Source of the DNA: an uncultured Deinococcaceae bacterium
Lineage (GTDB): Bacteria > Deinococcota > Deinococci > Deinococcales > Deinococcaceae
Direction: 5' to 3'
DNA: 64,000 nt
NCBI GenBank assembly: GCA_964252075.1
Contig: CAXULY010000009.1
Coordinates: 64,001-128,000 of the forward strand
Shown here: one piece after another, positions 55,310-64,000 of the stretch
Layout: every line of letters begins with the position of its first letter
Position numbering within the stretch: the first letter of the stretch is position 1
Notes under the pieces: generated by a model
Told to the model about the DNA's origin: nothing
What the model saw: the letters and a program-made list of their open reading frames with translations, nothing else
Databases searched by the model: none
Position numbers and translations under genes: made by a program

Positions 55310-55617
55310 CCGCCCTTCCTGATCCCCTCGTGGCGTTCCTGGCAGAGCGGTACGGTGACGCCCGGCGGCTGCGCGAGGAACGCCAGCGGCGCGCCGCAGA
55401 GCCCGCCCAGGGGTTCGCGCAGGCGATGGGCCGCGTGGCGTCCGCAATGGTGCCGTGGATGGTGCAGCTGGTGGCCGCGTTCAGCACCATCGGCACCGCG
55501 CCCACCGGTCCAGACCCGCACACCCATCACGGCCGCATGACCCTGAACCTTCAGCGCGCCCGCGCCCGCCGCCGCGCGCTGGCTCGGCTCAAGACCGCCC
55601 GGAGGAACCACCCATGA
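55306..55617 (+). CDS. Phage hypothetical protein
   Basis: Coupled ORF. Confidence 0.55.
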   Translation: MTALPDPLVAFLAERYGDARRLREERQRRAAEPAQGFAQAMGRVASAMVPWMVQLVAAFSTIGTAPTGPDPHTHHGRMTLNLQRARARRRALARLKTARRNHP

Positions 55618-55865
55618 AGATCACGCCCGAAGAAGCCCGAAAGCTGTACTACGAATCCAGTCTGCCCGCCACGGAGAAGGAAATGGAAGCCGTGTACGCC
55701 AGAATCCGCGCTGTGGCGGGGGACCGGCAGCGCACCCTGGTGATCCAGATGGAGGTGCTTGAGGACCGGCTGCCCTCTGTCCGCCAGCAGCTCCGAGAGG
55801 ACGGCTTCAAGACCAGACTGGAGTGGGACGATGGGCACCCCGTGCGTATCCACGTGGAGTTCTAA
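55614..55865 (+). CDS. Phage hypothetical protein
   Basis: SD GGAGG; MKITPEEARK. Confidence 0.65.
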   Translation: MKITPEEARKLYYESSLPATEKEMEAVYARIRAVAGDRQRTLVIQMEVLEDRLPSVRQQLREDGFKTRLEWDDGHPVRIHVEF

Positions 55866-55866
55866 C

Positions 55867-56391
55867 TTGCCGGAGCGCCGCCGCCCCAAAGTGCCCCTCA
55901 GCCGCACCACCAACCCCGGGCAGGTGAAGGCCGTGCGCGCCGCGCGCGCCACGGCGGAGGCGTGGTATCAGATGATCCGCCACTGGCGCGTCCACACGGT
56001 CGATGTGCCCGCCGCCCCCATCGGCAGCCCCGACGCCAGCAAGTTCAAGGTGGCGGGCATCGGCGATTACACCGCCGGGCGCGGGGGCGGGTACGGCGGG
56101 CTGGTGTCCGTGCGCCGCCTGCTCTCCCCCAGCGGTGGCTGGTATGAGGAAGGCGACGTGGCGCGCGCCCTCGCGCAGCTGGTGGTGGGCCGTCCGGACC
56201 TCGCGGGGCGGCTGGGCCGCATCCGCAGCGGCGCAGGCCTGCAGACCCTGCTGCGCGAGGGGGGCGGCTGGGCGTACCCGCGCGAGACCAGCATCGGGTA
56301 CGCGCTCGCCGCGCTCGCCCTGGGCCAGCACCTGGGGGACCGCGCCGCCGATGAGTGCGTGAGGATCGTGCAAGTTCAGTTGCGGGAATAG
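55867..56391 (+). CDS. Phage hypothetical protein at the late-regulator position
   Basis: Last early ORF before the AT-rich gap and terminase; function inferred from position only. Confidence 0.55.
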   Translation: MPERRRPKVPLSRTTNPGQVKAVRAARATAEAWYQMIRHWRVHTVDVPAAPIGSPDASKFKVAGIGDYTAGRGGGYGGLVSVRRLLSPSGGWYEEGDVARALAQLVVGRPDLAGRLGRIRSGAGLQTLLREGGGWAYPRETSIGYALAALALGQHLGDRAADECVRIVQVQLRE

Positions 56392-56480
56392 CTAATCTCG
56401 TATACAGTTTTGTCAAGCTGGACAGAAGTGTCCGGGCTAGGGCCATCCTCAGGGGTGGCCCTCTTGGTTATCTTGGGGTC

Positions 56481-56741
56481 ATGGCACTGGTGAGAATCCC
56501 AACCGGCGAGTGGCTGGATCCTTCTTACGTGGCGCGTCTCCGAATTGAAGCGCGCGTCTCGTGGGCGCGCAGTGACTTTGACGAGGATCAGGCCCACAGC
56601 AAAGACGGAGAAGTTACCACCTTCCACATCATCGCCACGTTGAAAAACAACGAGGTCATCGAAGTCATCCACCCCGTTTACAGCCAGGAAGAGGCGGAAA
56701 AGGCCATGAGCCAAATCATGGCGGACTTCCAGGAAGAGTAA
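56481..56741 (+). CDS. Moron-like small protein
   Basis: TATCTT -10 box 6 nt before the ATG, lower GC, own terminator. Confidence 0.7.
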   Translation: MALVRIPTGEWLDPSYVARLRIEARVSWARSDFDEDQAHSKDGEVTTFHIIATLKNNEVIEVIHPVYSQEEAEKAMSQIMADFQEE

Positions 56742-56758
56742 GCGACAATCGAGCACGC

Positions 56759-56781
56759 AGCCGCCTTCGGGCGGCTTTTTT
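56759..56781 (+). terminator. Rho-independent terminator
   Basis: AGCCGCC-TTCG-GGCGGCT-TTTTT. Confidence 0.85.
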
Positions 56782-56804
56782 CATGCCCGGAAAGGCAGGT
56801 GACC

Positions 56805-57488
56805 ATGAGCGACGAACCGCAGAAGACCGCCTACGACCAGCTGTCCCCGAAGCAGCGCAAGTTCGTCAACCATTACGTGGGTCACCTGAACGCCACGCGC
56901 GCCGGGCGTGAAGCGGGGTACGCGAACCCCGATGAGGGGCGCCGCCTGCGCCGGTACCCGAAGGTGGCCGCGGCCATTGACGAGCTGCTGGAACAGGACA
57001 GCATGCCCAAGGCGGAGATCCGCGCGCGGCTGGAGCGGGACGCGCGCTTCGACCTGGATGAGTTCATGCGCGTGGCGACGGGCGAGCGCATCTTCTGGGT
57101 GCGGGCGCTCGAGCACGAGCCGGTGCGGGAGCTGGCCACCCGGCGCGGCGTGACGGCGGACGCCCTGGACGCCGGGGACCTCGCCTATGAACTCGGCGCG
57201 GACCAGGTGGCCACCACCCTGGACGGCACCCTCATGGTCCGCGTCGCCACCATCAGCCAGGACGTGGAGGTGGACTGGGCCGCGCTCAAGGAAGCGGGCC
57301 TGCTCGGCGCCTTCAAGAAGATCAAGCGGCACAAGGACGGCGCCATCGAGTACGAGGTCAAGGACCAGCACCGCGCGCTGGAGCTGCTGGGCAAGGCGCA
57401 GCGCATGTGGGTGGAGCGCCAGGAGCACAGCGGCCCGGACGGCGAGCCCCTGAAGCTGTATGCGAACGTGGATCTGGAGGACGTGTGA
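56805..57488 (+). CDS. terS: Terminase small subunit
   Basis: LSPKQRKFVNHY..NATRAGREAGY, ALELLGK, EHSGPDGEP. Confidence 0.9.
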   Translation: MSDEPQKTAYDQLSPKQRKFVNHYVGHLNATRAGREAGYANPDEGRRLRRYPKVAAAIDELLEQDSMPKAEIRARLERDARFDLDEFMRVATGERIFWVRALEHEPVRELATRRGVTADALDAGDLAYELGADQVATTLDGTLMVRVATISQDVEVDWAALKEAGLLGAFKKIKRHKDGAIEYEVKDQHRALELLGKAQRMWVERQEHSGPDGEPLKLYANVDLEDV

Positions 57489-58783
57489 CCGCCCTCGTGG
57501 AGCCTTACGCCCCCTACGGCAGCGCCGCCGCGCTGTTCCGCGCGAAGGACCCTGAGGTGCTGCTGAGCGGCCCGGCGGGCACCGGCAAGAGCCGTGCGTG
57601 CCTGGAGAAGCTGTACCTGTGCGCCCTGAAGTACAGCGGCATGCGCGCCCTGATCGTGCGCAAGACCCGCGCGAGCCTCACCCAGACCGGCCTCATCACC
57701 TTCGAGCGCAAGGTGCTGCCGCCCGGCAGCCGGGTGAAGCGCAACACCACCACCGACAGCTACAAGCTGCCGAACGGCTCCGAGATCGTGTGCGCCGGGC
57801 TGGACAACGAAGTGCGCATCATGTCCACCGAGTACGACATGGTGTTTGTCCAGGAGGCCACGGAGCTGACCGAGAGTGACTGGGAGAGCCTGACCACGCG
57901 CCTGCGCAACAACGTCATGCCCTACCAGCAGCTCATCGCGGACTGCAACCCCAGCCACCCCAAGCACTGGCTGAAGCAGCGCTGCGACCGCGGCCACTGC
58001 CGCCTCATCGCCTGCACCCACCAGGACAACCCCACCCTGTGGGACCGCACGCGCGAAGCCTGGACGCGCCTCGGTCAGACGTACCTCGCCACGCTGGACC
58101 GCCTGACGGGCGTGCGCGCCCTTCGCCTGAAGGATGGCAAGTGGGCCGCGAGTGAAGGCATGGTCTACAAGGACTGGGACGACCAGGTGCACGTGATCGA
58201 CCCCTTCGAGATCCCCGCGGACTGGCGCCGCATCCGGGTGATCGACTTCGGCTTCACAAACCCCTTCGTGTGCCAGTGGTGGGCGGTGGACGGCGACAAC
58301 CGCATGTACCGCTACCGCGAGATCTACATGACGCAGCGCCTGGTGGAGGACCACGCCCGGCAGATCAAAGAGGTGGAGGGCGAGGGGGAAACCATCGAAG
58401 CGACCATCTGTGACCATGACGCGGAGGACCGCGCGACGCTCGAGCGGCACCTGGGCTGCGACACGCTGGCCGCGCACAAGGCGGTGAGTGAGGGCATCCA
58501 GGCGAATCAGGCGCGCCTGCGCGTGCAGAAGGACGGGCGGGCGCGCGTCTTCTTCTTCCGGGACGCGCTGGTGGAAGTGGACACCGGCCTGGAAGAGCGC
58601 AAGCTTCCGCTCAGCACGGTCGATGAGGCGCCCGGGTACGAGTGGGCGAAGAGCAACACCGGCACCAGCAAGGAAGCGCCCGTGAAGCAGAACGATCACG
58701 GCATGGACACCTGGCGGTACGCGACCGCCTATGTGGACGAACTGGGTGAGCAGAAGGCCTTTCACTTCGGGGTGGTTTCATGA
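57485..58783 (+). CDS. terL: Terminase large subunit (PBSX/SPP1-like)
   Basis: GPAGTGKS, FVQEATE, DCNP, IDFGFTNP, NDHGMDTWRY. Confidence 0.93.
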   Translation: MTALVEPYAPYGSAAALFRAKDPEVLLSGPAGTGKSRACLEKLYLCALKYSGMRALIVRKTRASLTQTGLITFERKVLPPGSRVKRNTTTDSYKLPNGSEIVCAGLDNEVRIMSTEYDMVFVQEATELTESDWESLTTRLRNNVMPYQQLIADCNPSHPKHWLKQRCDRGHCRLIACTHQDNPTLWDRTREAWTRLGQTYLATLDRLTGVRALRLKDGKWAASEGMVYKDWDDQVHVIDPFEIPADWRRIRVIDFGFTNPFVCQWWAVDGDNRMYRYREIYMTQRLVEDHARQIKEVEGEGETIEATICDHDAEDRATLERHLGCDTLAAHKAVSEGIQANQARLRVQKDGRARVFFFRDALVEVDTGLEERKLPLSTVDEAPGYEWAKSNTGTSKEAPVKQNDHGMDTWRYATAYVDELGEQKAFHFGVVS

Positions 58784-60789
58784 ACTGGATTCAAGCGCTG
58801 GGCGCCCGCATGCTGGGCCTCGAGGTCAAGGCGGGGCCGAGCAGCGGGCCGGTGTTCGTGGGCGCCCGCCAGGACGGCAAGCCCGTCACCACCGAGTGGG
58901 ACGCCGAGAAGGCCGTCACGGAGGGCCTAAAGGCGAACACCTGGGTGTACGCGGCGGTCAGCAAGGTGGCCACGGGCTTCGCCTCGGTGCCGCTGGTGCT
59001 GGAGCAGCTGAAGGGGGACGCCTGGACGCCGGACCCTGCCCACGAGATCCAGGCGCTGCTGGACCACCCGAATGACCACATGGCGCGTCAGGACGTGATG
59101 GAGCGCTGGGCCTACCACATGCTGCTGACCGGGAACGCCCTGTGGCTGAAGACCATCGCGGGCGGGAAGGTGATCGAGGTGTGGCCGGTGCTGCCGCAGC
59201 AGATCAAGCCCATTCCCTCGCGCGCGGACTTCCTGAAGGGCTACGAGTACAAGCCCACGCCCCAGGACAAGATCACGAAGAAGCCGGAGGAAGTGGCGCA
59301 CTGGATGTTCGTGGACCCCAACAACCCCTACTGGGGCCTGGCACCCTTGCAGGCGGCAGCGGCGGCGGTGGACACGGACATGCTGGCGGCAGGCTGGCAG
59401 CGCCAGCTGCTCGGCAAGGGCGGGCGCCCCGGCCTGGTCGTGATGCTGGACAGCTCCCTGCCCCTCAACCGGCAGAAGGAAGCGCAGGCCTTCATCAATG
59501 AGCAGATGGGCCAGGGCCGCAGCGTCAGCGCCCTGGTGGTGGGCGGCGCGACCAAAGCACAGCCGCTCAGCCTGAACGCCCTGGAGCTGGACTACCTGAA
59601 CTCCAGGAAGTTCACCCGTGAGGAAGTGGCCGCGGCGTTCGGCGTGCCGCCCGTGCTGCTGTCCTTCGGGGAGGCCGCGACGTTCGCCAACCTGGACGCC
59701 GCGAAGACGGCGCTGTGGGAAGACCGCATCGTGCCGCTGCTGGAGGACTACACGCAGGGCCTCATGTCCACCCTGTTCCCGCACTGGGGCCTCACGCAGG
59801 CCGGGTGGCGCATCCGCGCGGACCTGAGCGGCGTGCGCGCCCTGCAGAGCAACCTGCGCACGCAGGCGGACGTCCAGCAGGTGAAGGCCACCACCCTGAA
59901 GACCCTGGTGGAAGCGGGCGTGCCGGTGAACGTGGCGCGCGCCTTCCTGGACCTGGACATGCCGGACATCGAGGGCGGGGACGCCCCGCGCCCTCCAACC
60001 CCCCAGGGACAGCCACCCCCGGCGAGTAAGGCCGCGCGCCGCGCCCTCCAGCGGAAGGACAAGGGGGACCCGGTGAGCCCCGCCGCGCAGCTCGCCCGGC
60101 GGGATGAATGGGAGGGCGAGATCCGGAAGAAGGTGGCCAGCCTGCTGCTCGAGGCGGGCGACACCTACGCCAGCGCCTACGCGGACGGCAGCCTGGACCA
60201 GCTGGACGAAGCGGTGGACCTGAGCATGGATGAATGGCAGGCGCTGCTGGAAGCGACGCACCAGGCGGTCATTGAGGCGGAAGGGGGCATCGCGTACACG
60301 GCCGCGCTGAAGGCCATCTCCAGTTCCGGCGGGGGCGGCGCGTTTGACGTGCTGGACCCCGCCGTGACCGACTGGATCAGCGGGCACACGGCGGACGCGG
60401 TGAAGGGCATCACCACCACCACCCGGGACGCGCTGCGCGGCGTGGTCAGCACGGGCGTCAGCAACGGCGACAGCGTGCGCGACATCGCAAAAGCCATCAA
60501 GGCCCAGTGCATCACCTGGAGCGACACGCGCGCCACCCTCGTGGCCCGCACCGAGGTGGCCACCGCCTTTGGCGCGGCCCACCAGCTGAGCGCCCAGCAG
60601 ATCCAGGACCACCTGGGCGTGGAGATGGTGAAGACCTGGCACGCCACCGAAGACAGTCGCACGCGCCCCGAGCACGCCGAGATGGACGGCGAGACCGTGG
60701 CCATCGACGCGGCCTTCAGCAACGGCCTGGACTACCCGAGCGAACCGAACTGCAGGTGCGTGGTCACGTTCGACCAGAAGGGAGGATGA
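58780..60789 (+). CDS. Portal protein fused to a MuF/SPP1 gp7-like head morphogenesis domain
   Basis: Portal motifs WVYAAV, LTGNA, GLAPL, AAAFGVPP; C-terminal ARTEV..KTWHATEDSRTRPEH..EPNCRC. Confidence 0.88.
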   Translation: MNWIQALGARMLGLEVKAGPSSGPVFVGARQDGKPVTTEWDAEKAVTEGLKANTWVYAAVSKVATGFASVPLVLEQLKGDAWTPDPAHEIQALLDHPNDHMARQDVMERWAYHMLLTGNALWLKTIAGGKVIEVWPVLPQQIKPIPSRADFLKGYEYKPTPQDKITKKPEEVAHWMFVDPNNPYWGLAPLQAAAAAVDTDMLAAGWQRQLLGKGGRPGLVVMLDSSLPLNRQKEAQAFINEQMGQGRSVSALVVGGATKAQPLSLNALELDYLNSRKFTREEVAAAFGVPPVLLSFGEAATFANLDAAKTALWEDRIVPLLEDYTQGLMSTLFPHWGLTQAGWRIRADLSGVRALQSNLRTQADVQQVKATTLKTLVEAGVPVNVARAFLDLDMPDIEGGDAPRPPTPQGQPPPASKAARRALQRKDKGDPVSPAAQLARRDEWEGEIRKKVASLLLEAGDTYASAYADGSLDQLDEAVDLSMDEWQALLEATHQAVIEAEGGIAYTAALKAISSSGGGGAFDVLDPAVTDWISGHTADAVKGITTTTRDALRGVVSTGVSNGDSVRDIAKAIKAQCITWSDTRATLVARTEVATAFGAAHQLSAQQIQDHLGVEMVKTWHATEDSRTRPEHAEMDGETVAIDAAFSNGLDYPSEPNCRCVVTFDQKGG

Positions 60790-61658
60790 GCATGAGCAAA
60801 CCAGCGAAGCCCACCGGCACCGCGGAAACGAAAGCCTTTCACGTGGAGGTCAAGGCCGCGCCGGAGGGCATCATCGAAGCCTACGCAGCGGCCTTCGACA
60901 ACGTGGATGACTGGGGTGACGTCATCGTGCGCGGCGCGTTCACGAAGACCATTCAGGAGCGCGGCCCGGCGGGCACCAAGAAGATCCGGGTGCTGCTGAA
61001 CCACGACAGCTACATGAACCTGCCCGTGGGCACCCCACAGGCCATGAGCGAAGACGGCTACGGCCTGCTCACCACCACGAAGATGAGCAAGACGCAGCTG
61101 GGCCAGGACGTGTACACCCTCGCCAGTGAGGGCGCCATTGGTGACCTGAGCATCGGGTACTACGCCATGCAGGCCACCTACCCGGACGATCAGGCCAGCA
61201 AGATGGCGGGCATCTGGCGTGTCCTGAACGAAGTGAAGCTGGTGGAATACAGCTTCCTGAGCGCGTCCCCCGCGAACGAAAAGGCCATCATCCTGGGCGT
61301 GAAGAGCGGCCAGGACCTCGAGCGCGAGATCCGGCGGTGGACGGCCATCGCTCAGGTGGGTCTCGCCACGAAGGAAGGGCGCAAGCTCAGCGGCGAGAAC
61401 GCGAAGCGCGTCCTGAACGCCCTCAAGGAACTCAACGACCTCATTTCCGCTGCCGGGCTGGACGAAGCCGACCCCGAAGACGGGGCCACTTCGACCAACA
61501 CCACGGCTGAAAAATCCAGCGCCGAGCCGCCCACGCACTCGCTGCTGGCGTCCGCCATTCGTGAGCACACCCGCACACTCGACACCAAGAGCAAAACCGC
61601 CGGCCTGCTGGCGGAGCTGCGTTCCTTCGGTGCGTCCCTGGGAGGGAACCAACCATGA
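60786..61658 (+). CDS. HK97-family prohead protease
   Basis: EAYAAAFDNVD..DVIVRGAF, LLNHD, LSIGY, LVEYS..PAN. Confidence 0.92.
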   Translation: MSMSKPAKPTGTAETKAFHVEVKAAPEGIIEAYAAAFDNVDDWGDVIVRGAFTKTIQERGPAGTKKIRVLLNHDSYMNLPVGTPQAMSEDGYGLLTTTKMSKTQLGQDVYTLASEGAIGDLSIGYYAMQATYPDDQASKMAGIWRVLNEVKLVEYSFLSASPANEKAIILGVKSGQDLEREIRRWTAIAQVGLATKEGRKLSGENAKRVLNALKELNDLISAAGLDEADPEDGATSTNTTAEKSSAEPPTHSLLASAIREHTRTLDTKSKTAGLLAELRSFGASLGGNQP

Positions 61659-62917
61659 TGAAACTGCGTCACCTGAACCTGCTCACCCTGTCCGCCGCGC
61701 TCACCAGCGCGGCGGTGTCCGTTCCGCGCGCCTACGGCGATGACGACCCCGTGGCGGTGGTCAAAGAGGAGCTGAAGAGCCTCGAAACCCGCATCGTGAA
61801 GCTGCAGGATGACCGCTTCGAGCAGTTCAAAGCGGGCCTCAGCCTGCCCGACACGGACAAGCGCCTGACCGCGCTGGAGAAGCAGCACGCCGATGCCACC
61901 GCCGAGATGAAGGGCCTGATGGAGGAAGCCCAGAAGAAGCTGGGCCGCCTCGAGAATGGCGGCGGCGGCGAGGGCGAGGGCGAGCGCCGCAGCCCCGGCC
62001 AGCAGCTGGTGGAGTCCAAGAGCTTCAAGGACAACGTGCGCCCCGGCGAGCGTGAGCGCTTCGTGGCGAAGGCCGAGGTGAAGGCCCTGAGCACGCAGGC
62101 GGGCAGCGCCGCCAAGCTGGTCACGCAGCCGCAGCGCCTCGCCATGTTCGAGGCGCCCGATGAGCCGCACATCCGTGACCTGTTCGCGCAGGGCACCACC
62201 ACCAGCCAGCAGCTCACCTTCCCCGTGCGCGTCACGTACACGAACAACGCGGGCATGGTGGCGGAGCTGGCGCAGAAGCCCGAGTCGGACATGACCTTTG
62301 ACGACAAGACCTTCCCCGTGCGGAAGATCGCGCACTTCGTGCGGCTCAGCGATGAGCTGCTGGCCGACGCGCCCGCCATCCAGTCCTATGTGGACGCGCA
62401 GCTGATCGAGGGCCTGAAGGACAAGGAAGACGTCCAGCTGATCAAGGGGGACGGCACCGGCCAGAACCTCACGGGCGTCTACACCGCCGCCGCCGTGTTC
62501 AACCGCATCGTTGCGAACGACACGCTGCTGGACAAGATCCGCCGCGCCACCACGCAGCTGCGCCTGGCGCACTACGCGGCCACCGGCCTGATCCTCTCCC
62601 CCATCGACTGGGAAGCCATCGAGCTGCTGAAGGGCACGGACAGCCGGTACCTGTGGGTCACGGTGCCGGACGGCGGGCAGCAGCGCATCTGGCGCGTGCC
62701 GGTGCGCGACACCACCGCGATGGCCAGCGGCGAGTGGCTGCTGGGCAACTTCACGCGCGGCGCGCAGATCTTCGACCGCCTGGACGCCACGGTAGAGATG
62801 ACCAACACCAACGCCAACGACTTCGAGCTGAACCGCGTCACCATCCGCGCGGAAGAGCGCCTGGCGCTGGTGATCTACGACACCACCGCCTTCGTGAAGA
62901 ACGCACCGGCCACCTGA
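61655..62917 (+). CDS. HK97-family major capsid protein
   Basis: Coiled-coil delta domain; VAELAQKPES, SDELLAD, GDGTGQNLTG, RAEERLAL. Confidence 0.94.
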   Translation: MMKLRHLNLLTLSAALTSAAVSVPRAYGDDDPVAVVKEELKSLETRIVKLQDDRFEQFKAGLSLPDTDKRLTALEKQHADATAEMKGLMEEAQKKLGRLENGGGGEGEGERRSPGQQLVESKSFKDNVRPGERERFVAKAEVKALSTQAGSAAKLVTQPQRLAMFEAPDEPHIRDLFAQGTTTSQQLTFPVRVTYTNNAGMVAELAQKPESDMTFDDKTFPVRKIAHFVRLSDELLADAPAIQSYVDAQLIEGLKDKEDVQLIKGDGTGQNLTGVYTAAAVFNRIVANDTLLDKIRRATTQLRLAHYAATGLILSPIDWEAIELLKGTDSRYLWVTVPDGGQQRIWRVPVRDTTAMASGEWLLGNFTRGAQIFDRLDATVEMTNTNANDFELNRVTIRAEERLALVIYDTTAFVKNAPAT

Positions 62918-62963
62918 GCCGCGCCGCGCCCACCCACCGCCACCCCACCCGAAGGGAGCTGCC

Positions 62964-63404
62964 ATGAAGGTCAAAGCCCTGTTCGGCTTCTCCGGCTCGC
63001 ACGGCGACGTGCAGGCCGGGCAGACGCTGAACGTCCAAAACCCCGAGCACCTGGCGCACTACGCGCGCCTGGGGCTCATCGTGCCGCTGGACGCCGCGCT
63101 GGAGTTCGACCCGAACGAACCGGGCGTGACGCGCAAGCGCCTGAACGGCGAGACCGTGCCGCCCGCGCCAGCACAGACGCTGCAGCCCGCCGATCAGCTC
63201 ACGGACGAACAGCGCGCCGCCCAGCTGCGCGCTGAGCAGGATGAGCGCCTGCAACCCTTCGCGGGTGGGGGCGACTGGTACCGCTTCGCGCCGCTCGAGG
63301 AAGGCGGCGAGCCGGTGAAGGTGCAGGGGCGCGAGGCGGCGCTGGAGTACCTGACCGCGAACCCGGGGGCCAAGCCGCATGCCGCTGCTGACGCCCCCGA
63401 CTGA
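62964..63404 (+). CDS. Phage head-associated hypothetical protein
   Basis: Follows the capsid gene; SD GGGAG. Confidence 0.7.
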   Translation: MKVKALFGFSGSHGDVQAGQTLNVQNPEHLAHYARLGLIVPLDAALEFDPNEPGVTRKRLNGETVPPAPAQTLQPADQLTDEQRAAQLRAEQDERLQPFAGGGDWYRFAPLEEGGEPVKVQGREAALEYLTANPGAKPHAAADAPD

Positions 63405-63876
63405 CAGCCCGCTCACCCAGGCCCAGCTGGACGCGGCGCTGGCCCTCGTGGCGGCGGAGCTGGGCGCCAGCACCCTGGAGGCGCACTCCGTGACGGAGGG
63501 CGGCACGGTGGGCAGCAGCGGCCTCATCTGGCTGTCTGACGGCCCGGCCACCGCCATAGGGACCCTCAACCTGAACGGCGCGCCCGCCGCGGGGGTGCTG
63601 CGCTCGCCGTGGTGCCTGGACGTGTCCAGCGTGCGCGGCGTGAGCGACTGGGCCACCGCCTACGCCGTGACGTACACGGCGGGCTGGGCAGAGGGCAACC
63701 TGCCGCCCGCCCTCCAGCAGGCGGTGCTGCTCACGGCGGAAGCACTGGCGAACCGCCCGGACCCGACCCTCAAGAGTGAGAGCGAGGGGCCGGTGAGCCG
63801 GTCGTGGGACACCAGCCTGCCCGTGTCCCCCATGGCGGGGGCGCTGCTGGACCGCTGGCGCGCGCTGAGGGTGTGA
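63379..63876 (+). CDS. Head-tail connector (gp6-like adaptor)
   Basis: VTYTAGW..LPPALQQAVL, SESEGPVSRSW, LLDRWR. Confidence 0.82.
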   Translation: MPLLTPPTDSPLTQAQLDAALALVAAELGASTLEAHSVTEGGTVGSSGLIWLSDGPATAIGTLNLNGAPAAGVLRSPWCLDVSSVRGVSDWATAYAVTYTAGWAEGNLPPALQQAVLLTAEALANRPDPTLKSESEGPVSRSWDTSLPVSPMAGALLDRWRALRV

Positions 63877-64000
63877 TGCGCGGCCCCAGGTGGGCGCGCA
63901 CCGCGCGCGCCACGGTCCTGGACCAGGGCCGGTCCGCTCCGGACCGCCTGGGCCAGGGCAAGGCCACGTGGGTGGCGCGGCCCGCCACCGTCCCCTGCGC
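63876..64000 (+). CDS. Probable head-closure protein (partial)
   Basis: ATG coupled to the connector stop; DRLGQ..W..TVPC; runs off the window. Confidence 0.55.
   Translation, partial: MRGPRWARTARATVLDQGRSAPDRLGQGKATWVARPATVPC

Larger units (their letters stand above)
43011..64000. mobile_element. Temperate prophage (left ~21 kb; continues beyond the window) integrated in comEC
   Basis: Integrase, immunity, cro, antirepressor, replication, RusA, terminase, portal, protease, capsid and connector genes in canonical order. Confidence 0.95.

Overview
High-GC (about 70% by eye) bacterial chromosome segment, very probably Deinococcus: the gene content fits, and many genes have a TAnnnT -10 box 6-7 nt before the start codon (leaderless-type promoters). 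Positions 1 to ~43,010 are host DNA: skp/ompH-like, mdh, NUDIX, dinB plus a decayed dinB duplicate, lipA/lipB, LysR, polyferredoxin, murI-rph, MarR-MFS, YhgE/Pip-TetR, ThuA-oxidoreductase, 2-oxoacid dehydrogenase E1 alpha/beta, ppk1, fabF, plsC, fumC, a K+/H+ antiporter, a PAS-GAF-GAF kinase, two tRNAs, a glycolipid/envelope cluster with an LtaA-like MFS, and comEA-comEC. From ~43,011 to the window end is the left part of a temperate prophage (serine integrase, immunity, replication, packaging and head genes). It is inserted inside comEC at the first metal-binding motif of the metallo-beta-lactamase domain. Most notable: the phage immunity module is an IrrE/PprI-like zinc metalloprotease coupled to an XRE repressor whose C-terminal domain resembles DdrO, i.e. 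an apparent private copy of the Deinococcus radiation-response switch. The same phage also encodes a type IV prepilin-like protein. Together these suggest a DNA-damage-responsive prophage that controls host competence; this is inference, and the right end of the prophage lies outside the window. All family calls come from motifs and recalled sequences; no searches were run.
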